Below are positions 38,701 to 48,678 of a stretch of 64,000 nt of DNA, one piece after another (positions within the stretch are counted from its first letter, which is position 1; the number at the start of each line of letters is the position of its first letter). The notes beneath the pieces are model-generated. The model searched no databases and was not told the DNA's origin. It worked only from the letters and a program-made list of their open reading frames with translations. Location of the stretch: sequence record DRR378314_195; one strand, 5' to 3'. The position numbers and the translations under genes were made by a program.

Positions 38701-39404
38701 TTACAGGCTTTGGCGATGCTGTCGATGGCATTGGAGTACGAGTCGTAGTAACGCTTGGCATCAGCGTCGGTGCGGGCGGCTTCGCCCAGCATGTCGTAGG
38801 AGTAGGTGTACCCCTTTTCCATGTACTCTTTTGCTTCGTCCTGGGCTTCTTCAATATCCCGGCCCAATACGAACTGGCGGCCCATTTCCTTCATGGCCTG
38901 GCCGGCAACCGTGCGGATAACCGGCTCGCCGAACCGTTTCAACAACTTGCGCAGTGTGTCACCGACGCTGTGGCGCTCGGAATCCTTCAGCAGATTGCTG
39001 GTCATCAGCAACGCCACCGTTGCCGTGTTGATCAACGGCGAGGATGCACGGCCCACATGGGTGCCCCAGGCGCCAGAGGTAATCTTGTCTTCGATCAGCT
39101 CGTGGATGGTCGTGTTGTCTGGCACACGCAACAGGGCTTCTGCCAGACACATCAACGCCACGCCTTCCTTGGTGGTAAGGCCGTATTCCGCCAGGAACTT
39201 CTCCATGATGGTGGATTTGGCGTTCTTACGGACGCTGCGCACCAAGTCAGCAGCGCGGGCGGAAATGGCGTCCCGCTCTGCCCGGCTCAACTGGGCGCCA
39301 GCAATCATCTCACTAATCACCTTGTGTTCGTCCGCGAGGTAATAGCTGCGGATGGCCTGCCGGCTATCGACAAGTGTAGGAGTCTCTGATTGCTGCGGTC
39401 TCAT
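35775..39404 (-). CDS. putA: Bifunctional proline dehydrogenase / glutamate-semialdehyde dehydrogenase
   Basis: SYDMLGEAA, RLVKGAYWD, EFQRLHGMG, YLVRRLLENGANSSF, ETGG, GQRCSA, TTAAGGNASL; no N-terminal RHH domain. Confidence 0.97.
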   Translation of the reverse strand: MRPQQSETPTLVDSRQAIRSYYLADEHKVISEMIAGAQLSRAERDAISARAADLVRSVRKNAKSTIMEKFLAEYGLTTKEGVALMCLAEALLRVPDNTTIHELIEDKITSGAWGTHVGRASSPLINTATVALLMTSNLLKDSERHSVGDTLRKLLKRFGEPVIRTVAGQAMKEMGRQFVLGRDIEEAQDEAKEYMEKGYTYSYDMLGEAARTDADAKRYYDSYSNAIDSIAKACKGDVRKNPGISVKLSALLARYEYGNKERVMNELLPRAKELVKKAAAANMGFNIDAEEQDRLDLSLDVIEALVSDPELAGWDGFGVVVQAYGKRSAFALDWLYGLAEKYDRRFMVRLVKGAYWDAEIKRAQVMGLSGFPVFTRKACSDVSFLSCATKLLNMTDRIYPQFATHNAHSVSAVLELAKSKGVDNYEFQRLHGMGESLHNEVLKTSGVPCRIYAPVGPHKDLLAYLVRRLLENGANSSFVNQIVDKRITPEEIAKDPMDSVKEMGTNISSKAIVHPFKLFGEQRRNSKGWDITDPVTIAEIDKGRDAYRDHRWKGGPIIAGEVSGAEVQMVRNPADPEDTVGHVTQASEADVDTAITSAQEGFKAWSARSAEERAECLRKVADLYEENAYELFALATREAGKSLLDGVAEIREAVDFAQFYANEGIRYKDSGESRGVVVCISPWNFPLAIFTGQILANLVAGNAVLAKPAEQTSLLAVRAVELMHQAGIPEDVIQLLPGTGATVGGALTSDSRVAGVCFTGSTATAQRIDKKMSEHMAPDATLVAETGGLNAMIVDSTALPEQVVRDVLASSFQSAGQRCSALRMLYVQKDIADHLLEMLYGAMDELGIGDPWLLSTDVGPVIDETARKKIVDHCDKYEAKGRLMKKMAVPEKGNFVSPAVISVSGIEELEEEIFGPVLHVATFAAKDLDKVVDSVNAKGYGLTFGVHSRVDRRVERIASRIKVGNTYVNRNQIGAIVGSQPFGGEGLSGTGPKAGGPQYVRRFLKGDTVERPADASAKTVDIKKLEGLIGKVADVKAPAPEPRVEAMKPIFGDVPEPLDAHAEELPGPTGELNRLSNHARGVVLCLGPDKETALEQAAMALSQGNKVVVIAPGTQDIVDRAAKAGLPIVGVEGLLEPGALARARGFQAAVSCAEPSLLKEYRQALAMRDGALLPLITEHRLDQRFVIERHLCVDTTAAGGNASLIAASE

Positions 39405-39515
39405 GGTTGAACCCTCTCAGTTGTTTGTCTTTCCCGCATTCTACCGGGAACGACAAAGACTATTTGACTGTAAAAACCAGACAAGCGCGACTTTCAGGCT
39501 TTTTTGGTTAATTAA

Positions 39516-39563
39516 AATTTACCTTTTTCCTTTGTGATGATTAATTTTTAGGCGAATTTACCT
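39516..39563. promoter_or_regulatory. AT-rich direct repeats upstream of putA
   Basis: AATTTACCT at 39516 and 39555 within an AT-rich stretch. Confidence 0.4.
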
Positions 39564-39573
39564 GGGCAACTGA

Positions 39574-42500
39574 TCAAGCAGCCTTTACGGACAGCTCCCG
39601 AAGCACACCGTGGGCTACTGAGAAAACCGCGCAGTCCACATCACTCGCAGCCTGCATATCACTCAGCATCCGTTGCCAGCGGCCCAGGAGAGCCTGCTTG
39701 TCCTCGCGCCAACGTTCCAGCAACTGCTCGGGGGACATTGATTCGCTTCCATCGGAAGCAAAGGACAGCACACTCGCGGTCAGGTTCCGCAACTGGTGAT
39801 CCAGCTCGTCCCTGTAATGAAGGGTCGCCAGCACCTGCCAGTGACCCCGTGCCTTGAAGGCGCGCATCTGACGGTCCAGCCAGGTCAGCTTGAGACCTTC
39901 GCCCAAGCTGAAATACACCCAGGCCACCGACTCAAGCCCTCGGTCCAGCTGACGGCCTATCTCGACGATGTCCATCAGCCAGTAGCGACTCTCTGCAGAG
40001 GCGGCATAGGCCGCCAGTTTCTCCGGAACATTGTGTTCACAGTATTTATCATAGCGTTCCTGCCACCGACTTGCAGGAATTACCGCCTCCAGGCTCTCTG
40101 TCGAGGCCAATACCTCCGCCAGCGGGCGCTGGTAGTGAGCAACACAGGACTCCGGCGCCAGATCCGCCCTTCGGTTGTGCAGCAACCAGCTGGTGCTTCG
40201 GGTAACCAAACGAATCACGTCGCTGAACAACTCTGCCTGCACGCCAGCATCGATTTTTCCATCAAGCGCTTCTATGGCCTTCCATTGAGTCTCTACGTCA
40301 TGGATCTGCAAGGAGATCAGGTAGGCGGCGGCAATCCGGCCACAGTCAGCACCGGTGGCGTTACGAAGCTTATCCGCCCAGCTGATCCCCATGCGATTCA
40401 CCATATCGTTGGCGATCTGCGTTGCCGCGATTTCTCCACGCAGTGGGTGGGCATCGATGGCCGCTGGAAAACGCTTGAGCAACGATGCCGGAAAGGCTGA
40501 ATACAGCGCCTGGGCAAAGCGCGCGTCGTGAACGATGGGGGCGGCCAGCAGCGCCTGCTTCAGTTCAATCTTCGCGTAGGAGATCAACACGGACAGCTCC
40601 GGGCGCGTCAGCCCGGAGGCGCGCTCGCGGCGCTCCCGAAGCCCTTCGTCATCGGGCAGGAATTCGAGAACCCGGTCGAGCTTGCCTTCTGCCTCCAACC
40701 GCCGCATCAGGCGCTCATACTCATCCATGGTGGCAACCGCACCCGTGGCGGCCAGACTCAGCGCCATGGCCTGACGGTAATTGTTCCGCAACACCAGCTC
40801 TGACACTTCCGGGGTCATTGCACGAAGCATTCGGTTGCGTTGCTTGAGCGTCATCTGGCCGCTTCGCACCTGTTCGTTGAGCAGGATCTTGATGTTCACC
40901 TCGTGGTCCGAACAGTCCACACCACCGGCGTTGTCGATAAAGTCCGTGTTGGCTGCGCCTCCGGTTCGAGCAAAGCTGATGCGCCCGAGCTGGGTGAACC
41001 CAAGGTTTCCACCTTCGCCGAGCACCTCGCACCGTAGCTGGTGGCTGTCGATCCTCACGGCATCGTTGGACTTATCGCCGACATCGTCATGGGATTCGCC
41101 AACCGCTTTCACGTAGGTGCCGATACCACCGTTCCAAAGCATGTCCACCGGGGCCTGCAATAGCGCCCGGATCAAGTCATTAGGTGCAAGACGGGTTTCA
41201 CTGATTCCCAGTCGAGCCCGCATTTGCGGCGACACGGGAATCCACTTTTCAGCCCGTGAAAACACACCTCCGCCCTCACTGATCAGCTGCGCGTTGTAGT
41301 CCGCCCAACTCGACCCCGGCGCTTCAAACAGGCGCCTGCGTTCGGCAAACGACGCCGCTGCATCCGGCTCCGGGTCCACGAAGATGTGTAGGTGATTGAA
41401 CGCTCCCACAAGGCGAATTCGCTCTGACAACAACATGCCATTGCCAAACACATCTCCGCCCATATCGCCAATACCAACTACGGTGAACTCGTCGGTCTGG
41501 GTGTCGACGCCTTTCTCCAGGAAATGGCGCTTGACCGACTCCCAGGCGCCCTTCGCGGTGATGCCCATCTTCTTGTGGTCATACCCCTCACTGCCTCCGG
41601 ACGCAAAGGCGTCTCCCAGCCAGAAGCCATACTCCTGGGAAAGCCGGTTCGCTATGTCAGAGAACGTGGCGGTGCCTTTGTCTGCCGCCACGACCATGTA
41701 GGTGTCATCGCCGTCATGCCGGACCACATCAACCGGGGGCACGACATCACCTTCGTCCAGATTGTCGGTCAGATCCAACAGACCGCGAATAAACGTCTGG
41801 TAGCAGGCAACGCCCTCATCCCTCAGGGCTTCACGCGAACCACCTTCCGGAGGCTGTTTGACGATAAAACCGCCTTTGGCTCCCACGGGGACGATGACCG
41901 AATTCTTGACCTGCTGAGCCTTCACCAGTCCGAGTATCTCGGTACGGTAATCTTCACTGCGATCAGACCAGCGCAATCCGCCACGGGCAACCGGGCCGGC
42001 CCGGAGATGAACCCCTTCCACGCGGGGAGAACACACAAACACTTCAAAGCGCGGGCAGGGCTTGGGGATATCCGGAATGCTTGAGGGGGCCAGTTTTAAC
42101 GAGAGGTAGCCTTTGAACTCACCGGTGTCCTGGCGTTGGAAATAGTTGGTCCTCAGAGTCGCCTTGATCAATACATAGAACCGCCTGAGGATACGGTCAT
42201 CATCGAGGCTTTTGACGGCCTCGAGTGCTTCAAGAATCTCGTTTTCGATGCGCTCAGATGCAGCCGCGCGATTGTCAGCGGTTGCGGCTTCGGGATTGAA
42301 CCGGGCGTTAAAGAAGGCAACCAACAACACGGTAATATCCAGATGCCGGGCCAGTGTGTCAGCAATAAAAGGCTGACTGAACCCGAAACGCAACTGCTTG
42401 ATGTAACGGGAATAGGCGCGAAGTAGGCTGACTTCCCGCCAGCCCAGGCTCGCCGCCATGATCAACTGGTTGAAGTCATCGTTTTCGGCAAACCCGTTCC

Positions 42501-43083
42501 AGATCTCCCGGAACCCTTCCTGAAGCAGAGGTTTGGCTGCTTCAATATCGGCATCACGGCAGCGGGAATGACACTCCACGGTAAAATCACTGACGCCAAA
42601 ATGTTCGCCATCTCGCCGCCGGATACGGTATGGATGCTCCCCCAACACACGCATGCCCAGGTTTTCCAGGATAGGAATCACATCCGACAGGATGACTGGT
42701 TTACCCTGGCTGTAGAGTTTGAAATTCAGCTCTTGCTCGCCCCTTTCAGGCGACTCGTAGAAGCGCATGGGCACATCGGAACTCAACGCGATGGACTGAA
42801 TTTTCTGCACATCGCTCACCGCCTCGGCGACGGAGAATCTTGAGCGGTAACTGGAAGGGAACCCGCCGCCGAACATCTCCGCCCAACGTTTTCCGGCCGC
42901 CTTACCCAGAACGTCCGTCAAACGACGATGTAGCGCATCGTCCCATGACTGGGACTCCTCCAGCATTGTCGCCACGACGTCACGCAAATGACCGGAATCG
43001 TCCGAGTCGTAGTCCTCGCCTTCCAATGCCTCGGCGAGCTGCTCCAGGAGGGTTTGTTTTTGTGGGGCGTCGGAATGGGCCAT
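39574..43083 (-). CDS. gdhB: NAD-glutamate dehydrogenase, large bacterial type, shortened N-terminal region (1169 aa)
   Basis: ARGGLRWSDR, KNSVIVPVGAKGGF, VVAADKGTATFSD, GYDHKKMGITA, GGVDCSDHEVNIK. Confidence 0.9.
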   Translation of the reverse strand: MAHSDAPQKQTLLEQLAEALEGEDYDSDDSGHLRDVVATMLEESQSWDDALHRRLTDVLGKAAGKRWAEMFGGGFPSSYRSRFSVAEAVSDVQKIQSIALSSDVPMRFYESPERGEQELNFKLYSQGKPVILSDVIPILENLGMRVLGEHPYRIRRRDGEHFGVSDFTVECHSRCRDADIEAAKPLLQEGFREIWNGFAENDDFNQLIMAASLGWREVSLLRAYSRYIKQLRFGFSQPFIADTLARHLDITVLLVAFFNARFNPEAATADNRAAASERIENEILEALEAVKSLDDDRILRRFYVLIKATLRTNYFQRQDTGEFKGYLSLKLAPSSIPDIPKPCPRFEVFVCSPRVEGVHLRAGPVARGGLRWSDRSEDYRTEILGLVKAQQVKNSVIVPVGAKGGFIVKQPPEGGSREALRDEGVACYQTFIRGLLDLTDNLDEGDVVPPVDVVRHDGDDTYMVVAADKGTATFSDIANRLSQEYGFWLGDAFASGGSEGYDHKKMGITAKGAWESVKRHFLEKGVDTQTDEFTVVGIGDMGGDVFGNGMLLSERIRLVGAFNHLHIFVDPEPDAAASFAERRRLFEAPGSSWADYNAQLISEGGGVFSRAEKWIPVSPQMRARLGISETRLAPNDLIRALLQAPVDMLWNGGIGTYVKAVGESHDDVGDKSNDAVRIDSHQLRCEVLGEGGNLGFTQLGRISFARTGGAANTDFIDNAGGVDCSDHEVNIKILLNEQVRSGQMTLKQRNRMLRAMTPEVSELVLRNNYRQAMALSLAATGAVATMDEYERLMRRLEAEGKLDRVLEFLPDDEGLRERRERASGLTRPELSVLISYAKIELKQALLAAPIVHDARFAQALYSAFPASLLKRFPAAIDAHPLRGEIAATQIANDMVNRMGISWADKLRNATGADCGRIAAAYLISLQIHDVETQWKAIEALDGKIDAGVQAELFSDVIRLVTRSTSWLLHNRRADLAPESCVAHYQRPLAEVLASTESLEAVIPASRWQERYDKYCEHNVPEKLAAYAASAESRYWLMDIVEIGRQLDRGLESVAWVYFSLGEGLKLTWLDRQMRAFKARGHWQVLATLHYRDELDHQLRNLTASVLSFASDGSESMSPEQLLERWREDKQALLGRWQRMLSDMQAASDVDCAVFSVAHGVLRELSVKAA

Positions 43084-43241
43084 CAAAGATCTCCGGGGGT
43101 ATAAACTGGGGCATGTATGACTGAACATCCCCAGTATAGACAACTCGCGAGAGACTCTTTGCCCATATAGTTTTAAAATGCAGGCATTTTGATTATATTC
43201 TTTGCCATAATTAGCCGTATATCCACCCTGGAAATTGAATT

Positions 43242-43694
43242 ATGGTCGAACTGGATAGAATCGATCACTCCATCATCCGCGAACTTCAAAAACACGCACG
43301 GGTAACCGTGACCGAACTCGCGTCACGGGTCGGTCTGTCCAAAACGCCCTGCCAGGTCCGCATGAGGCGTCTTGAAGAACAAGGCTACATAACCGGTTAC
43401 ACCGCCCTGATCAACCAGACCAAACTCGGCCAAAGCCACATTGCCTTTGCCCAGGTCACCCTGAACGACACCAGCAGCAACGCGTTAGCCGCCTTCAACG
43501 ATGCTGTGAAGCAGATTTCCGCCGTAGAGCAATGCCACATGATCGCCGGCAACTTCGACTATCTGCTGAAAGTGCGCACGCAAAACATGGCGGAATATCG
43601 GCAGGTGCTGGGGGAGCAGATCTCCGCCCTGCCCCATGTGTTGCAGACCAGTACCTTTGTAGTGATGGAGAATGTGAAGGATGCGGGGCTCTGA
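43242..43694 (+). CDS. Lrp/AsnC regulator, probable PutR
   Basis: LDRID, VGLSKTPCQVRMRRLE, CHMIAGNFDYLLKV; divergent from gdh-putA. Confidence 0.9.
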   Translation: MVELDRIDHSIIRELQKHARVTVTELASRVGLSKTPCQVRMRRLEEQGYITGYTALINQTKLGQSHIAFAQVTLNDTSSNALAAFNDAVKQISAVEQCHMIAGNFDYLLKVRTQNMAEYRQVLGEQISALPHVLQTSTFVVMENVKDAGL

Positions 43695-43747
43695 CAATCC
43701 GGCGCCGTTTGCTTCAGCCCCTGAAAGCGCCCCGGTGAACGCCACCC

Positions 43748-45643
43748 TCAAGGACGGTTCTCGCCGGCAAAGAAGACGGTGCTTTCTCTTCGGAGAATTT
43801 CCAGAAAACGGTTAAACGACGCGATATCCTTCTTGCTGACATGTTGCTGGGGAATCTTCAGCTCGGTCTCGACAACAAGCTGTTCTTCTCCCAGGCGACT
43901 CACCGTCCGTTTCATGGAGCCGAATTCGTGCAGAAAATCGAATTCGGGGCTCAGGGTCGTCAGCGCCCATTGCTCACCAATATCGAACTTGTGACTAACA
44001 GACATCTTCAACCCCGGAAAGTAATCATCGTAGACCTCATTCTTGAGGTGTAGGCTCGCAATCTCCTGCCGCAACCATGGTGTTATCTCCTGATAGAAAA
44101 GTGGCGCCTCGGTATCCAGAAACGGATCGTATTCCACTGTTGAGCGAATCACATACTCGGGTGCCAACGTATCCACGTCATCCAGAGAGAAGTCCGGGGA
44201 CACTTGGCCGGAAACCTCTCGCTGATATTCTTGGGTCGCCCATGCGTTTCGTTCCTCGCTGGTCATTCCTGCCAGCATGCCTCGCAAACTCCCCGCATAC
44301 TCGCCTATATACCGGCGCCGCTGACGCTCCACAGCACCACCGGCGTCGGTGAACAGGGTTTCGTGATCAACCTGAAGCCGCCACCGGTAGCGAACTGGTT
44401 CGATCAGTCGCGGCTCTTCACCCGGTTTCAGCGTGAGTGCAACCTTGCGCTGGACCCACGCAGGGGTGTGCTGCCAGTCGGTATAGGAATCAGTGGCATC
44501 CAGGCATTTTTGCTCTCCTTCGAGCTCGAAACACACCACCATGTGATCAAAGTAGCTCATCGTAGGGATCTGAACTTTGTCCAGACTGGACCGACCTGTT
44601 GCGACGAGCACCGGAAAGGGCTCGACACCCACTGATTCGAGCAAGTGGACCAGAACGGCCGACTTGTCTTTGCAATCCCCATAACGTGATGTGAGTACCG
44701 AGGCGACCGAATGAGGTGTGATAGCGTGACCATGCTCGGACATGGAGACATAACGAATATCACTTGCCACAAACTCGTGAATACGCGCGATCTGTTCCTC
44801 TTTCGGCAAACCTTTGACCCCAAGCCTCTCAAGCAACGCGGAACTGCCACGGGTATCATTCAAAGCGTTACTGAACGCTAAAAGAGAGCCTTCTATTACC
44901 TCATCCCAGCGGCCAGCTTCACCCACGGCAATTTGCCCAACTTCGTCCGCCCAGTTCATTCCAGCTTCATAGCGTATTCCTGGCAGGTTGGCGCCCTCAC
45001 AGGAGAGGCCATGGTCGCTTCCTGAGCAATTCACATCGGGCAACGAAGAAGACCAGCGGATACGTTCATCTTTTGGCCACTCCACTTCCAGATGAAACCG
45101 CTGGACCGGTGCCGCTGACTGCACAAAAATAATTTCCGACCAATCCATTTCCCGGGCAGCACGATCAGTCACGACTTCGTACTCAATCAGGCTCAGACTC
45201 CCAGCGCTGAGCCCTGGCAGGGCAATCACTGCCTGACGGGCATCGGTAAAGGTATCATCACGGTGAACATCGGTTATTTTAAGGGTTTGCTTTTCAAAAC
45301 TGTGCACCACCCCTTCCCGGTCCACAGACGCAGCAACGTTGATGGTCAGTGAATCCGTTTTCTCGTCAAAATAGATCCGGTCCATGCCACTGTTCTGCAC
45401 GTCCGATGATGACGGGTAATACCAGACCTCGGTTACACGTTGCCTCACCTCATCACTATCGACTTTAATGCGTGTGTCCGACAGAACGCGAGTCAGTTCG
45501 TCCGGCGGATCATCCTGCCCCTGCATTTCGGAGGCATACTCAAGCAAGACAGAACTATCGCCGTTACCCCATTGCACTCGTGGTTCCGCGTGAGTAGCGA
45601 CTGCAAGGCCCAACAATATGGAAAGTCCAAAAATCCTTTTCAT
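43748..45643 (-). CDS. Secreted DUF3857 + transglutaminase-like domain protein
   Basis: Signal peptide; IRYVS, GDCKDKS, FDHMV, LDAT (Cys-His-Asp triad). Confidence 0.85.
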   Translation of the reverse strand: MKRIFGLSILLGLAVATHAEPRVQWGNGDSSVLLEYASEMQGQDDPPDELTRVLSDTRIKVDSDEVRQRVTEVWYYPSSSDVQNSGMDRIYFDEKTDSLTINVAASVDREGVVHSFEKQTLKITDVHRDDTFTDARQAVIALPGLSAGSLSLIEYEVVTDRAAREMDWSEIIFVQSAAPVQRFHLEVEWPKDERIRWSSSLPDVNCSGSDHGLSCEGANLPGIRYEAGMNWADEVGQIAVGEAGRWDEVIEGSLLAFSNALNDTRGSSALLERLGVKGLPKEEQIARIHEFVASDIRYVSMSEHGHAITPHSVASVLTSRYGDCKDKSAVLVHLLESVGVEPFPVLVATGRSSLDKVQIPTMSYFDHMVVCFELEGEQKCLDATDSYTDWQHTPAWVQRKVALTLKPGEEPRLIEPVRYRWRLQVDHETLFTDAGGAVERQRRRYIGEYAGSLRGMLAGMTSEERNAWATQEYQREVSGQVSPDFSLDDVDTLAPEYVIRSTVEYDPFLDTEAPLFYQEITPWLRQEIASLHLKNEVYDDYFPGLKMSVSHKFDIGEQWALTTLSPEFDFLHEFGSMKRTVSRLGEEQLVVETELKIPQQHVSKKDIASFNRFLEILRRESTVFFAGENRP

Positions 45644-46713
45644 AGCGGCTCAAACGCCCCCGTCATTTCCAGAACACTGGGCTCCAGCCGGCTGAACGAA
45701 AGGCCGGGCACGTTCATCTGTGTAACCAGCTCATACAGCCCATCGTCGGTTTCCACAATACTGCTGGTTAATAGGGCAGGATCACCCATCTGCCGGCCCT
45801 TACACACGATATTCACCACCACGCTCAGTGTTCGCTTAGCGAAACGGCGTGATTCATTGCATTCAGCGAGGGAAAGTTCACCGTAAAATGTCGCCCGCCG
45901 GTCATAAGCCAACTCTTCGAGCGTGAAATTGTTGTAGTGGAAGACGATCGCAGACAGGTGATCGACGGGGCCACGAAGTTCCAGAACGGATTCAGTATCT
46001 GAAAAGGTTCCGGCCGTTACTTCCGCCCAGCCGTCCGAGGTTATGGGGAACTGGAAATGCCCTTCCGGATCTTCATAAACCTGGCCCTCCGGCAGTATCG
46101 GAGATTCATCGTAAAACCCCGCGGAGCCAAGGCTGGCGTATGTAAACAGCACAATTGTCGCAGGGAACAGAGGAACAACGATAAACCACTCCCAGAGTGC
46201 ATAACCGCGTTTGCGATGGCGGAAACACGCAGGATTCATCCTGCGCTTGACAGCGTTCAGGCGTGCCTCGAACAGGGAAAACAGGGAAGCCCAGAGAACC
46301 AAGGCAACAAGCGTTGTCCAGGCGGGCATCGCTACCGATTCCTGAGCATGGAAAAAAACAGTGACCGCCACCACAAGAAGCACCCAGGCGTACCTGCCCG
46401 AGCCCCACTGAGCTATGTCATGGTGACGCTCAAGGCCCCGGAGGTAATGGGTTAGCCGTGGAAGGGCAAAGATCTGGGCAACCGCCAGAATGGGCACGAA
46501 GAACCACAACCATGGCCTGACATCGCCCTGTTCGAGACGGCGCAACTCTCGCAGGCGGGCAACCATCCAGAAGCACGTGTATACCCCAAGCGTGGAGAAG
46601 TGAAGAAAAAATTCCCAGCCCCAGCCCCGTGGGGCCTTTAACCCGAGCTCACCAGCCCGCGAACCGTCGGTCACTGTTACGTCTGAAACTGCTGTTCCCT
46701 GATCCATGGCCAA
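45640..46713 (-). CDS. Membrane protein with DUF4234-like N-terminus and a periplasmic C-terminal domain
   Basis: TLGVYTCFW motif, about 5 TM helices; ATGA overlap with the downstream gene. Confidence 0.65.
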   Translation of the reverse strand: MAMDQGTAVSDVTVTDGSRAGELGLKAPRGWGWEFFLHFSTLGVYTCFWMVARLRELRRLEQGDVRPWLWFFVPILAVAQIFALPRLTHYLRGLERHHDIAQWGSGRYAWVLLVVAVTVFFHAQESVAMPAWTTLVALVLWASLFSLFEARLNAVKRRMNPACFRHRKRGYALWEWFIVVPLFPATIVLFTYASLGSAGFYDESPILPEGQVYEDPEGHFQFPITSDGWAEVTAGTFSDTESVLELRGPVDHLSAIVFHYNNFTLEELAYDRRATFYGELSLAECNESRRFAKRTLSVVVNIVCKGRQMGDPALLTSSIVETDDGLYELVTQMNVPGLSFSRLEPSVLEMTGAFEPL

Positions 46714-46813
46714 CTACTACCACTCCATTGGTTCGATTAAGGACGTCCAGGCGCCCACAGAAGCTACATGTTTATCCTATTTCACCAACATTTGCCGGTA
46801 ACGAATCACAGAA

Positions 46814-47380
46814 CTATGCTCTCCCCAAAAACCGCCGCTCCTCCACATTGACCTTGATGCGATCACCCGTGGAAATGTGCTCGGGCACCTGAACCACGAG
46901 GCCGGTAGTGAGTCTGGCTGGTTTGGTACGGGCGGTTGCAGATCCGCCCTTTACCGACGGGTCGGTCTCTTCGATCAGAAGATCCACCGTGGGAGGCAGG
47001 TCCAGAGCCACGGGCGCGTCGCTCACGAGAACCACCATCAACCCCTGGGTGTCTTCATTGATAAACAACAGCTCCTCGGCAATGGCCTCACCGTTCAGGC
47101 TGTACTGTGTGTAATCCTCGCTATCCATGAAGACATATTCCTCGCCATCCGAATAGGAGAATGTGGCCGGCCGACGGACCAGATCCGCCAGGTTCAGCAT
47201 GTCAGAGTCCTTGAAGGTATGGTCAATCTTGTAGCCGGTTACCACGTCGTACAGGCGCATGCGATACAGGCTGCCGCCAGCACGCCCCTGTGGCACCGAA
47301 CGTTCGATATCCTTTACAAAGTACACACTGCCTTCGTACTCGATCGCTGAATTCTTCTTGATTTCACCTGCTTTTGGCAT
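46814..47380 (-). CDS. yeiP: Elongation factor P-like protein (EfpL/YeiP)
   Basis: Loop PQGRAGG with Arg at the tip; [23 protein letters not shown]. Confidence 0.92.
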   Translation of the reverse strand: MPKAGEIKKNSAIEYEGSVYFVKDIERSVPQGRAGGSLYRMRLYDVVTGYKIDHTFKDSDMLNLADLVRRPATFSYSDGEEYVFMDSEDYTQYSLNGEAIAEELLFINEDTQGLMVVLVSDAPVALDLPPTVDLLIEETDPSVKGGSATARTKPARLTTGLVVQVPEHISTGDRIKVNVEERRFLGRA

Positions 47381-47464
47381 TGCTACTGATTCCGGAAAAA
47401 GTGGGACAAATACGGTGCTGATATATCATGAAGCAGAGCATCTGGCGAGAGGCCGAGACCATAT

Positions 47465-48496
47465 TCAGGACAATAGTCCCCGGACATCCGACAGGAACCG
47501 ATCCACCTGCTGCTGAGTGGTTGACCAGGAACACATCAGGCGAGCACTTCCACCGATAAAGTTGTAGAAATTCCAGCCCTTGTCTCGTAATGCGGCCTGA
47601 ACCGGGTCCGGCATCTCCACAAACACGCCGTTGACCTGCCTCGGATACCGAAGCCGAATACCTGGCAGCCCTTCCAGTCCCTGCGCCAGCCGTTCAGCGC
47701 AGGCATTGGCATGTCTGGCATTCTCCAGCCACACGTTTCCTTCCAGCAACCCGCACCAGGGTGCGGAAATGTAACGCATCTTCGAAGCCAGCTGTCCCGC
47801 CTGTTTGCAGCGCCATTCGAAATCCTCCGCCAGCGCGTGGTTGAAGAACACCACCGCCTCTCCCAACGCCAGGCCATTCTTGGTGCCTGAGAAACACAGT
47901 ACATCCACGCCCGCCTTCCAGGTAATCTCGGAGGGGTGCACGTCCAGCGCCGCCACCGCATTGGCGAAGCGGGCCCCGTCCATATGGATGTTCAGGTTGA
48001 AACGGTCCGCCGTCTCCCGGATGGCACGCAGCTCTTCCGGGCTGTAGATGGTGCCAACTTCGGTTGCCTGGGTCAGGCTGAGCGCCTTGGGTTTCGGATA
48101 GTGAATATCGCTGCGCTTGGTGACCAGGTGCTCAATGCTGTCTGGTGTCAGCTTGCCATCCGGACCCTGACCAAGGAGCAGCTTTGCACCGTTCGACGCA
48201 TACTCCGGCCCGCCACATTCGTCCGTTTCAATATGCGCCAGCTCATGGCAGATAACACTGTGGAATGACTGGCCAATGGATGCCAGAGCCAGCGAGTTTG
48301 CGGCAGTGCCGTTGAAGACGAAAAAGACATCGCAGTCCGTGTCGAACAGGGCCCGAAGCCCATCTGCAGCTCGTTGTGTCCAGCGATCCTCCCCATACGC
48401 CGGCTCGTCGGAACCATTCGCCTCGGCCATGGCCGACCAGGCTTGTGGGCAAATGCCGCTGTAATTATCGCTGGCGAACTGTTCGGACTGGGACAC
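47465..48496 (-). CDS. ltaE: Low-specificity L-threonine aldolase
   Basis: FASDNYSG, NGTAAN, HIETDECG, HMDGARFANA, GTKNG. Confidence 0.93.
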   Translation of the reverse strand: MSQSEQFASDNYSGICPQAWSAMAEANGSDEPAYGEDRWTQRAADGLRALFDTDCDVFFVFNGTAANSLALASIGQSFHSVICHELAHIETDECGGPEYASNGAKLLLGQGPDGKLTPDSIEHLVTKRSDIHYPKPKALSLTQATEVGTIYSPEELRAIRETADRFNLNIHMDGARFANAVAALDVHPSEITWKAGVDVLCFSGTKNGLALGEAVVFFNHALAEDFEWRCKQAGQLASKMRYISAPWCGLLEGNVWLENARHANACAERLAQGLEGLPGIRLRYPRQVNGVFVEMPDPVQAALRDKGWNFYNFIGGSARLMCSWSTTQQQVDRFLSDVRGLLS

Positions 48497-48655
48497 GGCA
48501 TGCTCCTGGAAGGCGGTATCAAAAATGCTGATAAGACCTTAACTCTATTTGCAAATATCTGCATTTGCCACTCTAAAAGCGCCTTTATCATCCTTATCAC
48601 GTCATGCCGACAAGAACAGAACCGGCGAATGTGCACGCAATCAGGGACCATAACC

Positions 48656-48678
48656 ATAATGAGATTGATTTGCATTAT
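48656..48678. promoter_or_regulatory. Fur box
   Basis: ATAATGAGATTGATTTGCATTAT upstream of the TonB receptor; second Fur-like GCAAAT..ATTTGC at 48551-48568. Confidence 0.75.

Noticed and set aside
39574..43143. gdh as a pseudogene
   Set aside because: Uninterrupted frame, GGAG SD, intact catalytic motifs and a coherent pathway context; kept as a finding instead
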